From: a virus
Lineage: Duplodnaviria > Caudoviricetes
DNA length: 64,000 bases
Virus record (IMG/VR): IMGVR_UViG_3300002055_000003
Span: 10,707 to 74,706 of that record
Direction: 5' to 3' (one strand)
Position numbers and translations under genes: made by a program. The notes below the pieces were generated by a model. That model did no database searches, was not told the origin of the DNA, and saw nothing but the letters and a program-made list of their open reading frames with translations. Positions 46,924-55,575 of the stretch are shown piece after piece; the first letter of the stretch is position 1, and every line of letters starts with the position of its first letter.

Positions 46924-47520
46924 ATGTCAAATTTAAACAATATTTGCAATGTTAATTCATCGGCTATTTGCTTGAATGATACTCAAAAATCATTGATTAA
47001 TTTCTTTGATAAACATGATCGTGGAATAATAGAAGTGACGCGCCAAGCGGGAACCAGCACAGCATTGAATGCATATATTGCATGGATTCTATTGACACAA
47101 AAGAATAAAAATATTTTAGTAGTAGTACCAAATCATGGGTATAGAAGGAATTTTATGCAGACATTTTCTGATCACTTTACTAAAGTGGATACCAGTAATT
47201 TAATTCGATATAATACTGGTCTTGTTGAAAATTCCAGCACAAATTCTATATTACGCATAGAAACCGCCGCTGTAATGTATAATATTAAAGGTATTACTTT
47301 AGATTATGTATTTTTTGATAATTTTTATAGCCAATCACTGGCGACAATTGATGACATTATGCAATCGATAAACCCAATGGTTAATGGGAAGATGCATTTA
47401 ATCAATTCGTTGTATGTGTCGATCAATACTTTTACTAACCTACCATATTTCAAAAATTCAAATTTTGTTCTTTGGGATGATGACTTTGAGCATATAATTG
47501 ACAAGTTAATAAAATTGTGA
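46924..47520 (+). CDS. Degenerate stand-alone paralog of the terminase large-subunit ATPase domain
   Basis: LNDTQ (Q motif), TRQAGTST (Walker A, K to T), ILVV, KGITLDYVFFDN (Walker B, E to N); no nuclease domain; aligns by eye with the neighbouring gp17. Confidence 0.75.
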   Translation: MSNLNNICNVNSSAICLNDTQKSLINFFDKHDRGIIEVTRQAGTSTALNAYIAWILLTQKNKNILVVVPNHGYRRNFMQTFSDHFTKVDTSNLIRYNTGLVENSSTNSILRIETAAVMYNIKGITLDYVFFDNFYSQSLATIDDIMQSINPMVNGKMHLINSLYVSINTFTNLPYFKNSNFVLWDDDFEHIIDKLIKL

Positions 47521-47546
47521 GTTAAATTCTAGCCTAAATATTAATT

Positions 47547-49109
47547 ATGGCTAGAAACAACAAATTCATAAAACCTGCGAATGCTGAAGTAGAAATTAGT
47601 GCTGAGCAGATGCTTGAATTAAAGAGATGTATGAACGACCCTGTATATTTTTGCATGAACTATGTGAAAATAATTCATCCGGTTCGTGGTGCGATTCCAT
47701 TTAAGCTTTATAACTTTCAAAAAGAAATGGTCGATCTTTATAAGAATAATGATCGTGTCATTGTTATGTCTGCTAGACAAACCGGAAAATCAGAAACAGC
47801 AGCAGCATTCCTAGCGCATTTTGCTCTTTTCAATTTCGACAAAACGATACTGATCGTTTCAAACCACAACAACAATAGTATGGAAATGATCTCGCGCATA
47901 CGCGGAGTATATGAGAACTTACCATTCTGGCTTAAGCCCGGAGTTGATGCTGATTCATTTAATAAACACGAACTTGCGTTTGATAATGGTTGTAGGATTG
48001 TCTCACAAGCAACTACAGAAAATTCAGGTCGTGGTATGGCTATCTCATTACTCTACTGTGATGAGCTTGCATTCGTAAATCCTCGCATTCAAGAGAAGTT
48101 CTGGGCGTCTATAAGTCCTACATTATCAACTGGTGGTTCTGCTATTATCACAAGTACGCCTAATGGGGATCAGGGTCTATTTGCAGAGTTATGGCGATCC
48201 GCTGAAATGGGTATTGGTGATTTCAAGAGTTTATATGTACCGTGGGATGCACCACCGGGGCGAGATGAGACCTTTAAACAAAAAATGATTGCTGAACAGG
48301 GCGAGCAAAAATGGAAACAGGAATTTGAATGTCAGTTCATATCATCAGAAGCATTACTTATTAGTAGTCTATTTTTACAACAAGTTACTTCTGATATTAA
48401 GAAATATGAAGTTAAAAAAGAAGTTCAGAAAGTAAAATTTTGGGATGATATCAAGGAAAATTCTACATATTTAGTCGGGGTGGACCCTTCTACGGGCAGC
48501 GGAAATGACTTTAGTGTAATTACAATTTTTAGTTTTCCAGAATTAGTACAAGTAGCAGAGTATCGTAGTAACACAATGATTACTACGGAATTATATGCAA
48601 TGATCAAAAATCTTCTTCTTTTCATGGAGAGTAAGAATTGTGAAATACACTGGTCTGTTGAAAATAATGGTGTTGGTGAAGGCGTACTTGCTTTGTATGA
48701 AAATGATGAAGATCAACCAGAATCAATGCTGATAGATGATCCAAAATCAAAACGACGTGGAATGTCAACAACATCGAAAAACAAAATAGGATCGTGTATT
48801 ACATTTAAACAATTGTTTGAAAGTATGGCAATTTCAATTCGATCACCATTACTACTCAAAGAATTAAAATCGTTTACTCGACATCGAGGATCATTCGCAG
48901 CACAAACGGGAGCTACTGATGATTGTGTTTCAGCATTATTGATTGTAGTGCGCATATTACAAGAACTTGCGGGATATGATGATACTGCTTTTGAAAAGTT
49001 ATATGCTGGTGGTTTTGGACGAATTACCGAGTCTGAATGGGAAACTGGAGTTGCTGAAAAGGAATATGACGAAGCGACTGATGAAGACATTGGTGTAATT
49101 GTTATGTAA
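47547..49109 (+). CDS. gp17: Terminase large subunit
   Basis: LYNFQ, SARQTGKSE, GRGMAISLLYCDE, ITSTPNG, GVDPSTG, VENNGVG, TDDCVSA. Confidence 0.96.
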   Translation: MARNNKFIKPANAEVEISAEQMLELKRCMNDPVYFCMNYVKIIHPVRGAIPFKLYNFQKEMVDLYKNNDRVIVMSARQTGKSETAAAFLAHFALFNFDKTILIVSNHNNNSMEMISRIRGVYENLPFWLKPGVDADSFNKHELAFDNGCRIVSQATTENSGRGMAISLLYCDELAFVNPRIQEKFWASISPTLSTGGSAIITSTPNGDQGLFAELWRSAEMGIGDFKSLYVPWDAPPGRDETFKQKMIAEQGEQKWKQEFECQFISSEALLISSLFLQQVTSDIKKYEVKKEVQKVKFWDDIKENSTYLVGVDPSTGSGNDFSVITIFSFPELVQVAEYRSNTMITTELYAMIKNLLLFMESKNCEIHWSVENNGVGEGVLALYENDEDQPESMLIDDPKSKRRGMSTTSKNKIGSCITFKQLFESMAISIRSPLLLKELKSFTRHRGSFAAQTGATDDCVSALLIVVRILQELAGYDDTAFEKLYAGGFGRITESEWETGVAEKEYDEATDEDIGVIVM

Positions 49110-49173
49110 GTCACAAAATTTTTAAGATTTATTGTGTTATAATTTTAGGACACCAAACACACTGACACTGGAA

Positions 49174-50385
49174 ATGAAGACTTTTAAATTTAGAATTACT
49201 GAGAGTCAAATTGCACGATTGAATGTTGATATTGCAAAATTCAACAAGTTAGCTGATAAACTGGGATGTTCTCATGCCACGTTAGCTACAACTGAAGCTG
49301 CGATAGATGTCGATCCACACCACAAAACTAATACCATTTGCGATATCAGTTGGCATGTACCGCATGTCAAGTTCTATGATTGTGAGTTGAGTGGAGGTGT
49401 TGTTATCGCTGGTGATTATTCGTTCATCGGCGCAATTCACTATTCGCGCACAAATGGGGAAATTAGCATGGCTTCTTTGGAAGGAGACACTATACCAGAC
49501 GAATATAAAAATTCTCTTCCAGTTTGTGATCACTGCAATACAAAAAGGCAACGCAAAACAACATATATGATGAAGTCAAATGTTGATGGCTCTATTATGC
49601 AAGTGGGCAGCACATGCTTGCGTGATTTTTTGGGATATGATGTTAGTGATTTAATAAAAGCACTTAAATTCACCATGCAGTTTGCGAATATCAATGCAAA
49701 TTACCCCCATATTCCGTATCATGCATCAAAGTTTAAAATTTCTCCAGAATATGGAGTTCGTGAAATTTTGGCATTGACTAATGCGGTTATACGAGCATTT
49801 GGTTGGGCAAGTTCAACATCTGAAACACATATCCCTACAGCCGATATTGTGCGTAAGATTTGCGATACACCAGAATCACATGAAGCTGAATTTTGGCTGA
49901 ATAAAGTCATAGAACTTCAGAAAGATAAAACTGATCAAAACATGGCATCAGAAGTCATTAAATGGGCCACTACTCAAAAGAAGTACAATGAATATACTAT
50001 TAATTTGAAAAACTGCATTGAGGGTGGAACCGTAACTATTCGACAATTTGGGTTGTTGTGCTCAGCAGTTAACAGTTTTAAAAATGAAATTAAAAGAAAA
50101 ATTGAGACACAAGCCACATATAATAATGTATACTTGGGCAGTATTGGTGATAGACTTCAACTTGATGTTAAATGCATAAGTACGAAAGTATTTGATGGAT
50201 ATTACGGAGAGACTACGTTGTATAAAATGATTGATAAAGACGATCATTTGCTTGCATGGTTTTCTTCATCGGATTTGGTTATACCAGACAATCGTTTTAT
50301 TACAATTAAAGGTACGGTTAAAAAACATGAAACGTTTGACCATGCTAAACAAACAATTCTTACGCGAGTAACGCGAGTAAATTAA
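49174..50385 (+). CDS. Conserved phage hypothetical protein: zinc ribbon plus C-terminal OB-fold-like domain
   Basis: CDHCNTKRQRK...QVGSTCLRDFLG; C-terminal YLGSIGDRL...IKGTVKKH...QTILTRV; TGnTATAAT promoter at 49135-49143 makes ATG 49174 likelier than TTG 49132. Confidence 0.7.
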   Translation: MKTFKFRITESQIARLNVDIAKFNKLADKLGCSHATLATTEAAIDVDPHHKTNTICDISWHVPHVKFYDCELSGGVVIAGDYSFIGAIHYSRTNGEISMASLEGDTIPDEYKNSLPVCDHCNTKRQRKTTYMMKSNVDGSIMQVGSTCLRDFLGYDVSDLIKALKFTMQFANINANYPHIPYHASKFKISPEYGVREILALTNAVIRAFGWASSTSETHIPTADIVRKICDTPESHEAEFWLNKVIELQKDKTDQNMASEVIKWATTQKKYNEYTINLKNCIEGGTVTIRQFGLLCSAVNSFKNEIKRKIETQATYNNVYLGSIGDRLQLDVKCISTKVFDGYYGETTLYKMIDKDDHLLAWFSSSDLVIPDNRFITIKGTVKKHETFDHAKQTILTRVTRVN

Positions 50386-50388
50386 AAT

Positions 50389-51570
50389 ATGAACATACAT
50401 GCTAAAAATTTCATCTCTTGGTATAACAACGAGTTTAAGAACACTCGACTTTATCAAGATATGAAAAATACAAAAGAAGACTCCCCTTGGCACCGAGAAG
50501 ATAGTGTGGCAGCACATACTGATATGGTGGTCATGTCTCTCCTTGCACAACAGGACCATCTCAATGGTTACTTTGACAGCGGTAGGGAATATATCAATAC
50601 ATTATTCGCAGCAGCATTTCATGATGTCGGGAAACCTTCAGTTAGAACAGAAAAGCATTCTGAGGAACGAGGTACTTATTATTCGTTTGCAGAACATGAA
50701 TTGCGCTCTGCTCGCCTGTGGCAAGATTTTTACATAACAAATATTGATATGTTTGTGAAAACATTTGATCTGCAACCGCAAGATTTTTATGTAATCACAA
50801 TGATGATCGAAAAACATAGGCCGTGGGGCATCAAAGATAAGAAAAAAATTGATGGTATATATGAATCATTGGGTGTAGAACAGTCACTTGAATTTCTTAA
50901 ATTACTAGTTGCTGATAACTCAGGACGTGAGACTGACGATGTGATGGCATTTGAAAACTCACTCGAAAAGGTGGTCGAACTTGGAAAACATTTACGAAAT
51001 TACGAGGTCAATGATTTCTATAACGCGCAGCGACGATTAAATGAACTAAGTCGTTTGAATGAATATGGGAAAACTGGAACTGCTGTTCCTCAATTAATAA
51101 TGCCAATTGCACCAGCAGGAAGTGGAAAGTCTACCTTATTTAATCGTATTCGTAATTTGGATACAGTGGTTAATCCAACCGAAGCATTAGTGCATCAACA
51201 TTCTATGGATTTAATTCGTCGGGAGCGTTATGGGCCAGATGATAATATTGCATTTCGCATGTCTTGTGAAGATAAGGAGTTTAATCGTGCTGTACAAGCA
51301 GATTTTATTCAACATATAAAGCAAGGAAATTCTGTATACGTTGATAATACAAATCTATCAGCTAAGCGCCGCCGTTTTTATATTACTGAAGCGAGAAAAC
51401 ATGGATATAACACTCATGCACTTTTAATTCCATTATCGCTTAGAGAGGCAATTGATCGTAATGCTGCACGTAAGGATAAGAAACTTGGTGTTGATGTTGT
51501 TATTCGACAGTATATGGCGCTGTCGATGCCAATTTTAGGTCAGGAATTTGATTTAATCACATTCGTATAA
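50389..51570 (+). CDS. HD-domain phosphoesterase fused to a P-loop polynucleotide kinase (HD-Pnk-type RNA end-healing enzyme)
   Basis: PWHREDSVAAHT...FHDVGKP (HD) and APAGSGKST...VYVDNTNLSAKRR (AAA_33-like kinase). Confidence 0.8.
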   Translation: MNIHAKNFISWYNNEFKNTRLYQDMKNTKEDSPWHREDSVAAHTDMVVMSLLAQQDHLNGYFDSGREYINTLFAAAFHDVGKPSVRTEKHSEERGTYYSFAEHELRSARLWQDFYITNIDMFVKTFDLQPQDFYVITMMIEKHRPWGIKDKKKIDGIYESLGVEQSLEFLKLLVADNSGRETDDVMAFENSLEKVVELGKHLRNYEVNDFYNAQRRLNELSRLNEYGKTGTAVPQLIMPIAPAGSGKSTLFNRIRNLDTVVNPTEALVHQHSMDLIRRERYGPDDNIAFRMSCEDKEFNRAVQADFIQHIKQGNSVYVDNTNLSAKRRRFYITEARKHGYNTHALLIPLSLREAIDRNAARKDKKLGVDVVIRQYMALSMPILGQEFDLITFV

Positions 51571-51606
51571 TGTGCTAAATACCTTAAAGACTAAGGTATT
51601 TCAATA

Positions 51607-52689
51607 ATGACCGAAAAATTAATGTTGATAAGAGGATCGAGAATTCAAGATCAGCTTAATGAGCAAATTAAAATAGAAGATAATAAAAGATTATTGATAG
51701 AAACATTCGATCTGTCCGAAGCATTTGTGGAGGACAGAGAGGATATTAACGATCTCATTTTAGAATTCTATGCATTAGACGAAGGAATTTTAGACAAGGG
51801 TATTACAGGTGCAGGTAAACTAAAATTACTTGCAAATAAAGCAATGCAAAAACTAAAAGACTCTCAACCCGTTCAGAATTTTTCCAATAGAGCATCAACA
51901 GTTCTCTCGAAATACAAAGAGAAATTCGGCAATAACCACCCCGCAACCAAAGCAGCAGAAGAAATAGCCCAACATGGTGCAAAGCATCCAGAGCGTAGTG
52001 CTTTTGTAACCACAATGTTAAATGGGTTAGTATCAATGTTTGGTAGACCAGATGCAGATGAAGCTGTTGCAAAAGCATTGGGGAATACGCAGGATGCCAT
52101 ACAACAGGACACACAGGCTGATAATAAGGCGGATGCTGAACGAGAGGTCGCTAAGACACAGGGAGACCCAGAGACGAACACTGGTGGCGTTTCATCGGGC
52201 AATACAAAGTATCCTACCTTGCGATCAAATATAGATCAAATGAATACCAAAAAGCGCCAACGGGCCACCGCACCAGTACAAATTCAAAATTATTCAATTG
52301 TTCCATCAGTCCCATCGAAAATGATTGAATTTAAAATATCCGTAAAAAGTGCTGATACGCAATATGAAACAGTTGTTCAATTCTCTGGAATTAATTATAG
52401 TGATGGGCAATCTGGAGATACAAAATCATTTGTTGGTGCAGATGGAGAAGAATATAATATTAAGCCTATTGTATTAAAGGATAAAAATGTGAAAGTGAAA
52501 TGCAATTGCTTAGACTTCTACCATAGATTTGCACCATATAATAATAAAGATGGTAGTTTAAAAGGTGATTATGTTCCTTATGTTCCGACAACTGATCGAC
52601 CATCAGACAACCCTAAAAAATTACCGGGCGTATGCAAACACCTGATAAAATCAATTGAAAGTATTAAAAGAGCTGGTTTAATTTCTTAA
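51607..52689 (+). CDS. Late protein with a C-terminal SWIM-type zinc finger
   Basis: VKVKCNCLDF...GVCKHL (CxC...CxH); TAAATA at 51576-51581. Confidence 0.65.
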   Translation: MTEKLMLIRGSRIQDQLNEQIKIEDNKRLLIETFDLSEAFVEDREDINDLILEFYALDEGILDKGITGAGKLKLLANKAMQKLKDSQPVQNFSNRASTVLSKYKEKFGNNHPATKAAEEIAQHGAKHPERSAFVTTMLNGLVSMFGRPDADEAVAKALGNTQDAIQQDTQADNKADAEREVAKTQGDPETNTGGVSSGNTKYPTLRSNIDQMNTKKRQRATAPVQIQNYSIVPSVPSKMIEFKISVKSADTQYETVVQFSGINYSDGQSGDTKSFVGADGEEYNIKPIVLKDKNVKVKCNCLDFYHRFAPYNNKDGSLKGDYVPYVPTTDRPSDNPKKLPGVCKHLIKSIESIKRAGLIS

Positions 52690-53351
52690 GACTTTTTGAT
52701 AAATTTGGTTTTTGTTGGAGTTGATTGTGGGGCTACAGTGAACCCTTTCAAAATTTCTCGTAATTTAGCAGCACGTTCAGCTTGCTCAGTATTAACAAAC
52801 TCAGAAATCTCCTCTTCAATAAGCATATTTTTATCAGCTACTTTAGATTCTGAAAGTTTAGTTGTAGAATTCTTTTTCTTTTTAGATGGATTATTAAATT
52901 CAAATTTCTTTTCAGAGGTAATTCTTTTTGCAATTTCATTTGGTGATTCAACACGTTTAACATCTGTTTTTACAGTTTTTTCGGTATTAACTGCTTCTTT
53001 TACAACATCTTTACCATCAATCGTTGATTTAACTTTCATGTTTGTAAGATCACTACGCTCAAAACTTAGATTTCCCATTACATTGACAATCATATCACTA
53101 ATAACTTCGAAAAAATAATCATCAGCCACAAGTCTAACTGCACCTTTGTACGCAGTTCTTTCAATAAACGGCATTGGTGGAATTACACATGTAAAGTGTG
53201 ATTTATCTTGAGTACATGGAAATGATAGTTCCATACCTTTCACAACAATTACAAACCAAGCTTTAACTTCAACCGCCGAGATACCTTCAATTTGAAGATC
53301 AAATTCATATGTATTTTCAGCTTGATGATTTAATTGAATTACTTCGCTCAT
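52686..53351 (-). CDS. Hypothetical protein (beta-rich N-terminal domain, Lys/Glu-rich tail)
   Basis: 221-aa ORF; TAAATA (-) at 53376-53381 and GAGA SD. Confidence 0.7.
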   Translation of the reverse strand: MSEVIQLNHQAENTYEFDLQIEGISAVEVKAWFVIVVKGMELSFPCTQDKSHFTCVIPPMPFIERTAYKGAVRLVADDYFFEVISDMIVNVMGNLSFERSDLTNMKVKSTIDGKDVVKEAVNTEKTVKTDVKRVESPNEIAKRITSEKKFEFNNPSKKKKNSTTKLSESKVADKNMLIEEEISEFVNTEQAERAAKLREILKGFTVAPQSTPTKTKFIKKS

Positions 53352-53381
53352 TTATATATTCTCGTGTATAAAATGTATTTA

Positions 53382-53897
53382 TTAATCAAAGTCGTGTCGT
53401 TTGCTAATAAAAGACCTTCCGCGTTTATAAAGAACTTTAATATTAGGACCACGCCGATAGAAATTTGCCAAATTCACAGATATTTTCTTTTTATATGTGG
53501 TGACAAAGTTCATAACCTTTATTAAAGATTCGGCTTTAGACACAGATACTGTGTAGATTTTCTCAACTTCAGTTTCGCCCATTTTGAAAGTTAATTTAAC
53601 TGGAACCCTTCGTCCCATGACTTTGTTTGGGTCAATATAAACTAAATTTGGTTCAGATGGCGGATATGAAACTGTTACACGACCAGCATTTGTTTGACCA
53701 GCATACGCACCAACATTGTTTGGTGTTGGATGACTGCCACCACCGGGATCAGGTGGAGGAGGAGGCTCCACTATAACTGGCGTTGTACCACACCACAATG
53801 TAAATAATCCAGCGGTCATGATAGTACCGCCTTCACACGCAGTAGTAACACCACATGTCAGACCATTAGTTAATACTGAAACTACCGCAGGAGTCAT
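53382..53897 (-). CDS. Hypothetical protein with a poly-Pro linker
   Basis: 171-aa ORF, GAGA SD; VLTNGL...PPPPPDP. Confidence 0.65.
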   Translation of the reverse strand: MTPAVVSVLTNGLTCGVTTACEGGTIMTAGLFTLWCGTTPVIVEPPPPPDPGGGSHPTPNNVGAYAGQTNAGRVTVSYPPSEPNLVYIDPNKVMGRRVPVKLTFKMGETEVEKIYTVSVSKAESLIKVMNFVTTYKKKISVNLANFYRRGPNIKVLYKRGRSFISKRHDFD

Positions 53898-53906
53898 CTT
53901 AGTCTC

Positions 53907-54641
53907 TTACGCACATGTTGGCTGACCATCACTCGTTCCAGCAGCGATTGGCACACGCTCACACATCTCAGTAATGCTTGGATTGCCATTGGCGTCAAGT
54001 AGTTGAAAAGTTCTTAAAGGAGTAACACAATCGGTATCAAAAATAGTCATAGTCATATTGACATGATCAATTTTAGTTCGATTTGCTTGATATTTAATAC
54101 CTAACTCAAGCAACGCTTTTACATCAGCGATATCCATCAACATTGTATTGTTTGTCGCAGATATTTGATTAATCATTTCTCCAAATGTACCAGCAGCAAT
54201 ATGTTCAATTGCAGGTTCATCATAAATTAAATCAACTAATGCATCTGCATTATCAGTTGTATTTAATTCGCCTACTTGATAGCGTTCAGCCACATCTTGC
54301 GTAGCTCCACCATCAACTCGAAATGCATAACATTTAGTTGGATCATAACCATTTGCAGTCGAAAAAACATATTTGTAAAATCCATCTCGGGAACCACCAA
54401 GAGTTCCACCAGAACCATCTGCGTTAGAATCATCAAATATTTCAAGCATTTGGCCGTCTTCACCCACGACGCCACCAGCAACGCCACCACCAACAGGACC
54501 GGGATCACCAGTTCCTTGTGTCTCACCAATTACTAAATTTTGATCGAGAGCATTGACTTCCCATATTCGAATTGTTGGAGTTAACCCTATTGTCGGCACT
54601 CCACCATTGGCAAAGTATGATGTTATGATTATTTCAGCCAT
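53907..54641 (-). CDS. Probable virion structural protein
   Basis: GVPTIGLTPTIRIW start, NRTKID...MTIFDTDCVTPLRTF end; TAAATA (-) at 54672-54677. Confidence 0.65.
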   Translation of the reverse strand: MAEIIITSYFANGGVPTIGLTPTIRIWEVNALDQNLVIGETQGTGDPGPVGGGVAGGVVGEDGQMLEIFDDSNADGSGGTLGGSRDGFYKYVFSTANGYDPTKCYAFRVDGGATQDVAERYQVGELNTTDNADALVDLIYDEPAIEHIAAGTFGEMINQISATNNTMLMDIADVKALLELGIKYQANRTKIDHVNMTMTIFDTDCVTPLRTFQLLDANGNPSITEMCERVPIAAGTSDGQPTCA

Positions 54642-54736
54642 GAATTTTGTCTCGTTATGCGTATCTTTTAATATTTATGTTCACTACTCAACCATTAGAA
54701 ATAAATATCCTTATAAATTGTATATTAAGGCGACAT

Positions 54737-55000
54737 ATGGATAATTTTTCTTTTTTAAAATCATTAAACGAATCCATCACTACGGGATCGTCGGATTCTG
54801 ATGCTCCTCGCACTAAATTGACTAATGGAATTAAATATTCTGAATATGATATTCCTTTGATTAGCGGCAAGGTATCAACAGTGTTCATTCCCGAAAGAAA
54901 TTCAAGTCTTTTTGAATCTGATATTGAAGATACTGTTGTTTTGACTGAAGTAGCAGTTCGTTTTATAATGCGAAAACACAACGGCGTAACGGAAATTTAA
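54737..55000 (+). CDS. Hypothetical protein
   Basis: ATG 54737 with AAGG SD and TAAATA at 54702-54707; the track's upstream extension overlaps the divergent promoters. Confidence 0.6.
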   Translation: MDNFSFLKSLNESITTGSSDSDAPRTKLTNGIKYSEYDIPLISGKVSTVFIPERNSSLFESDIEDTVVLTEVAVRFIMRKHNGVTEI

Positions 55001-55506
55001 TGAGTATTGTCTTAACAAAACCAGTCGCAGTTCCTTCATCTTCAGGAGCAACAATCACAGGTCTGTCATCTACAGTGATTAATGGACAGCCTATGCTAAC
55101 ATATGATGATCCAGTTAGAGCGAATAAAACTCTTAGTATTTCTGAGCAAAATTATATTTTTTCTCGTGGTCGTGTTAGTAATAATGACTGGATTCGAATT
55201 GCAAATACTGCACATGCAGAAGCGGGATTTGTTGCTGAATTTGATGGTTGTGTCTGTTATGCTTCTGCACATTGCGAAGATACCGGCAATGCTTCAAAGG
55301 ATATTCATTTGTTCATAGATGATAATGATATGGGAAGTATTGGAACATTAACTGGTGGAACAAATTCTACATTCACAAACACAGCGTTAAATTTTGATTA
55401 TTTACAAGGTCAGCGAATTAGATTACTTGCGGTGGATTCGAATGGTTCGACTGCTGGTAATATACAAGATACCGTAATTACAATTACAATTAAACATCGC
55501 GGTTAA
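55000..55506 (+). CDS. Small fibre/decoration tip protein (jelly-roll-like); paralog of the C-terminus of 55576..58014
   Basis: INGQP...NNDW..IA...AHCE...F.NT.LN.D..QG.RIRL...IQDTVIT is shared with the next gene. Confidence 0.75.
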   Translation: MSIVLTKPVAVPSSSGATITGLSSTVINGQPMLTYDDPVRANKTLSISEQNYIFSRGRVSNNDWIRIANTAHAEAGFVAEFDGCVCYASAHCEDTGNASKDIHLFIDDNDMGSIGTLTGGTNSTFTNTALNFDYLQGQRIRLLAVDSNGSTAGNIQDTVITITIKHRG

Positions 55507-55575
55507 AAATAGTAAAATCTGCGCAGCCTACAATAAATAATGGTATTAACCCAATACCACTTATAGGAATATGTA

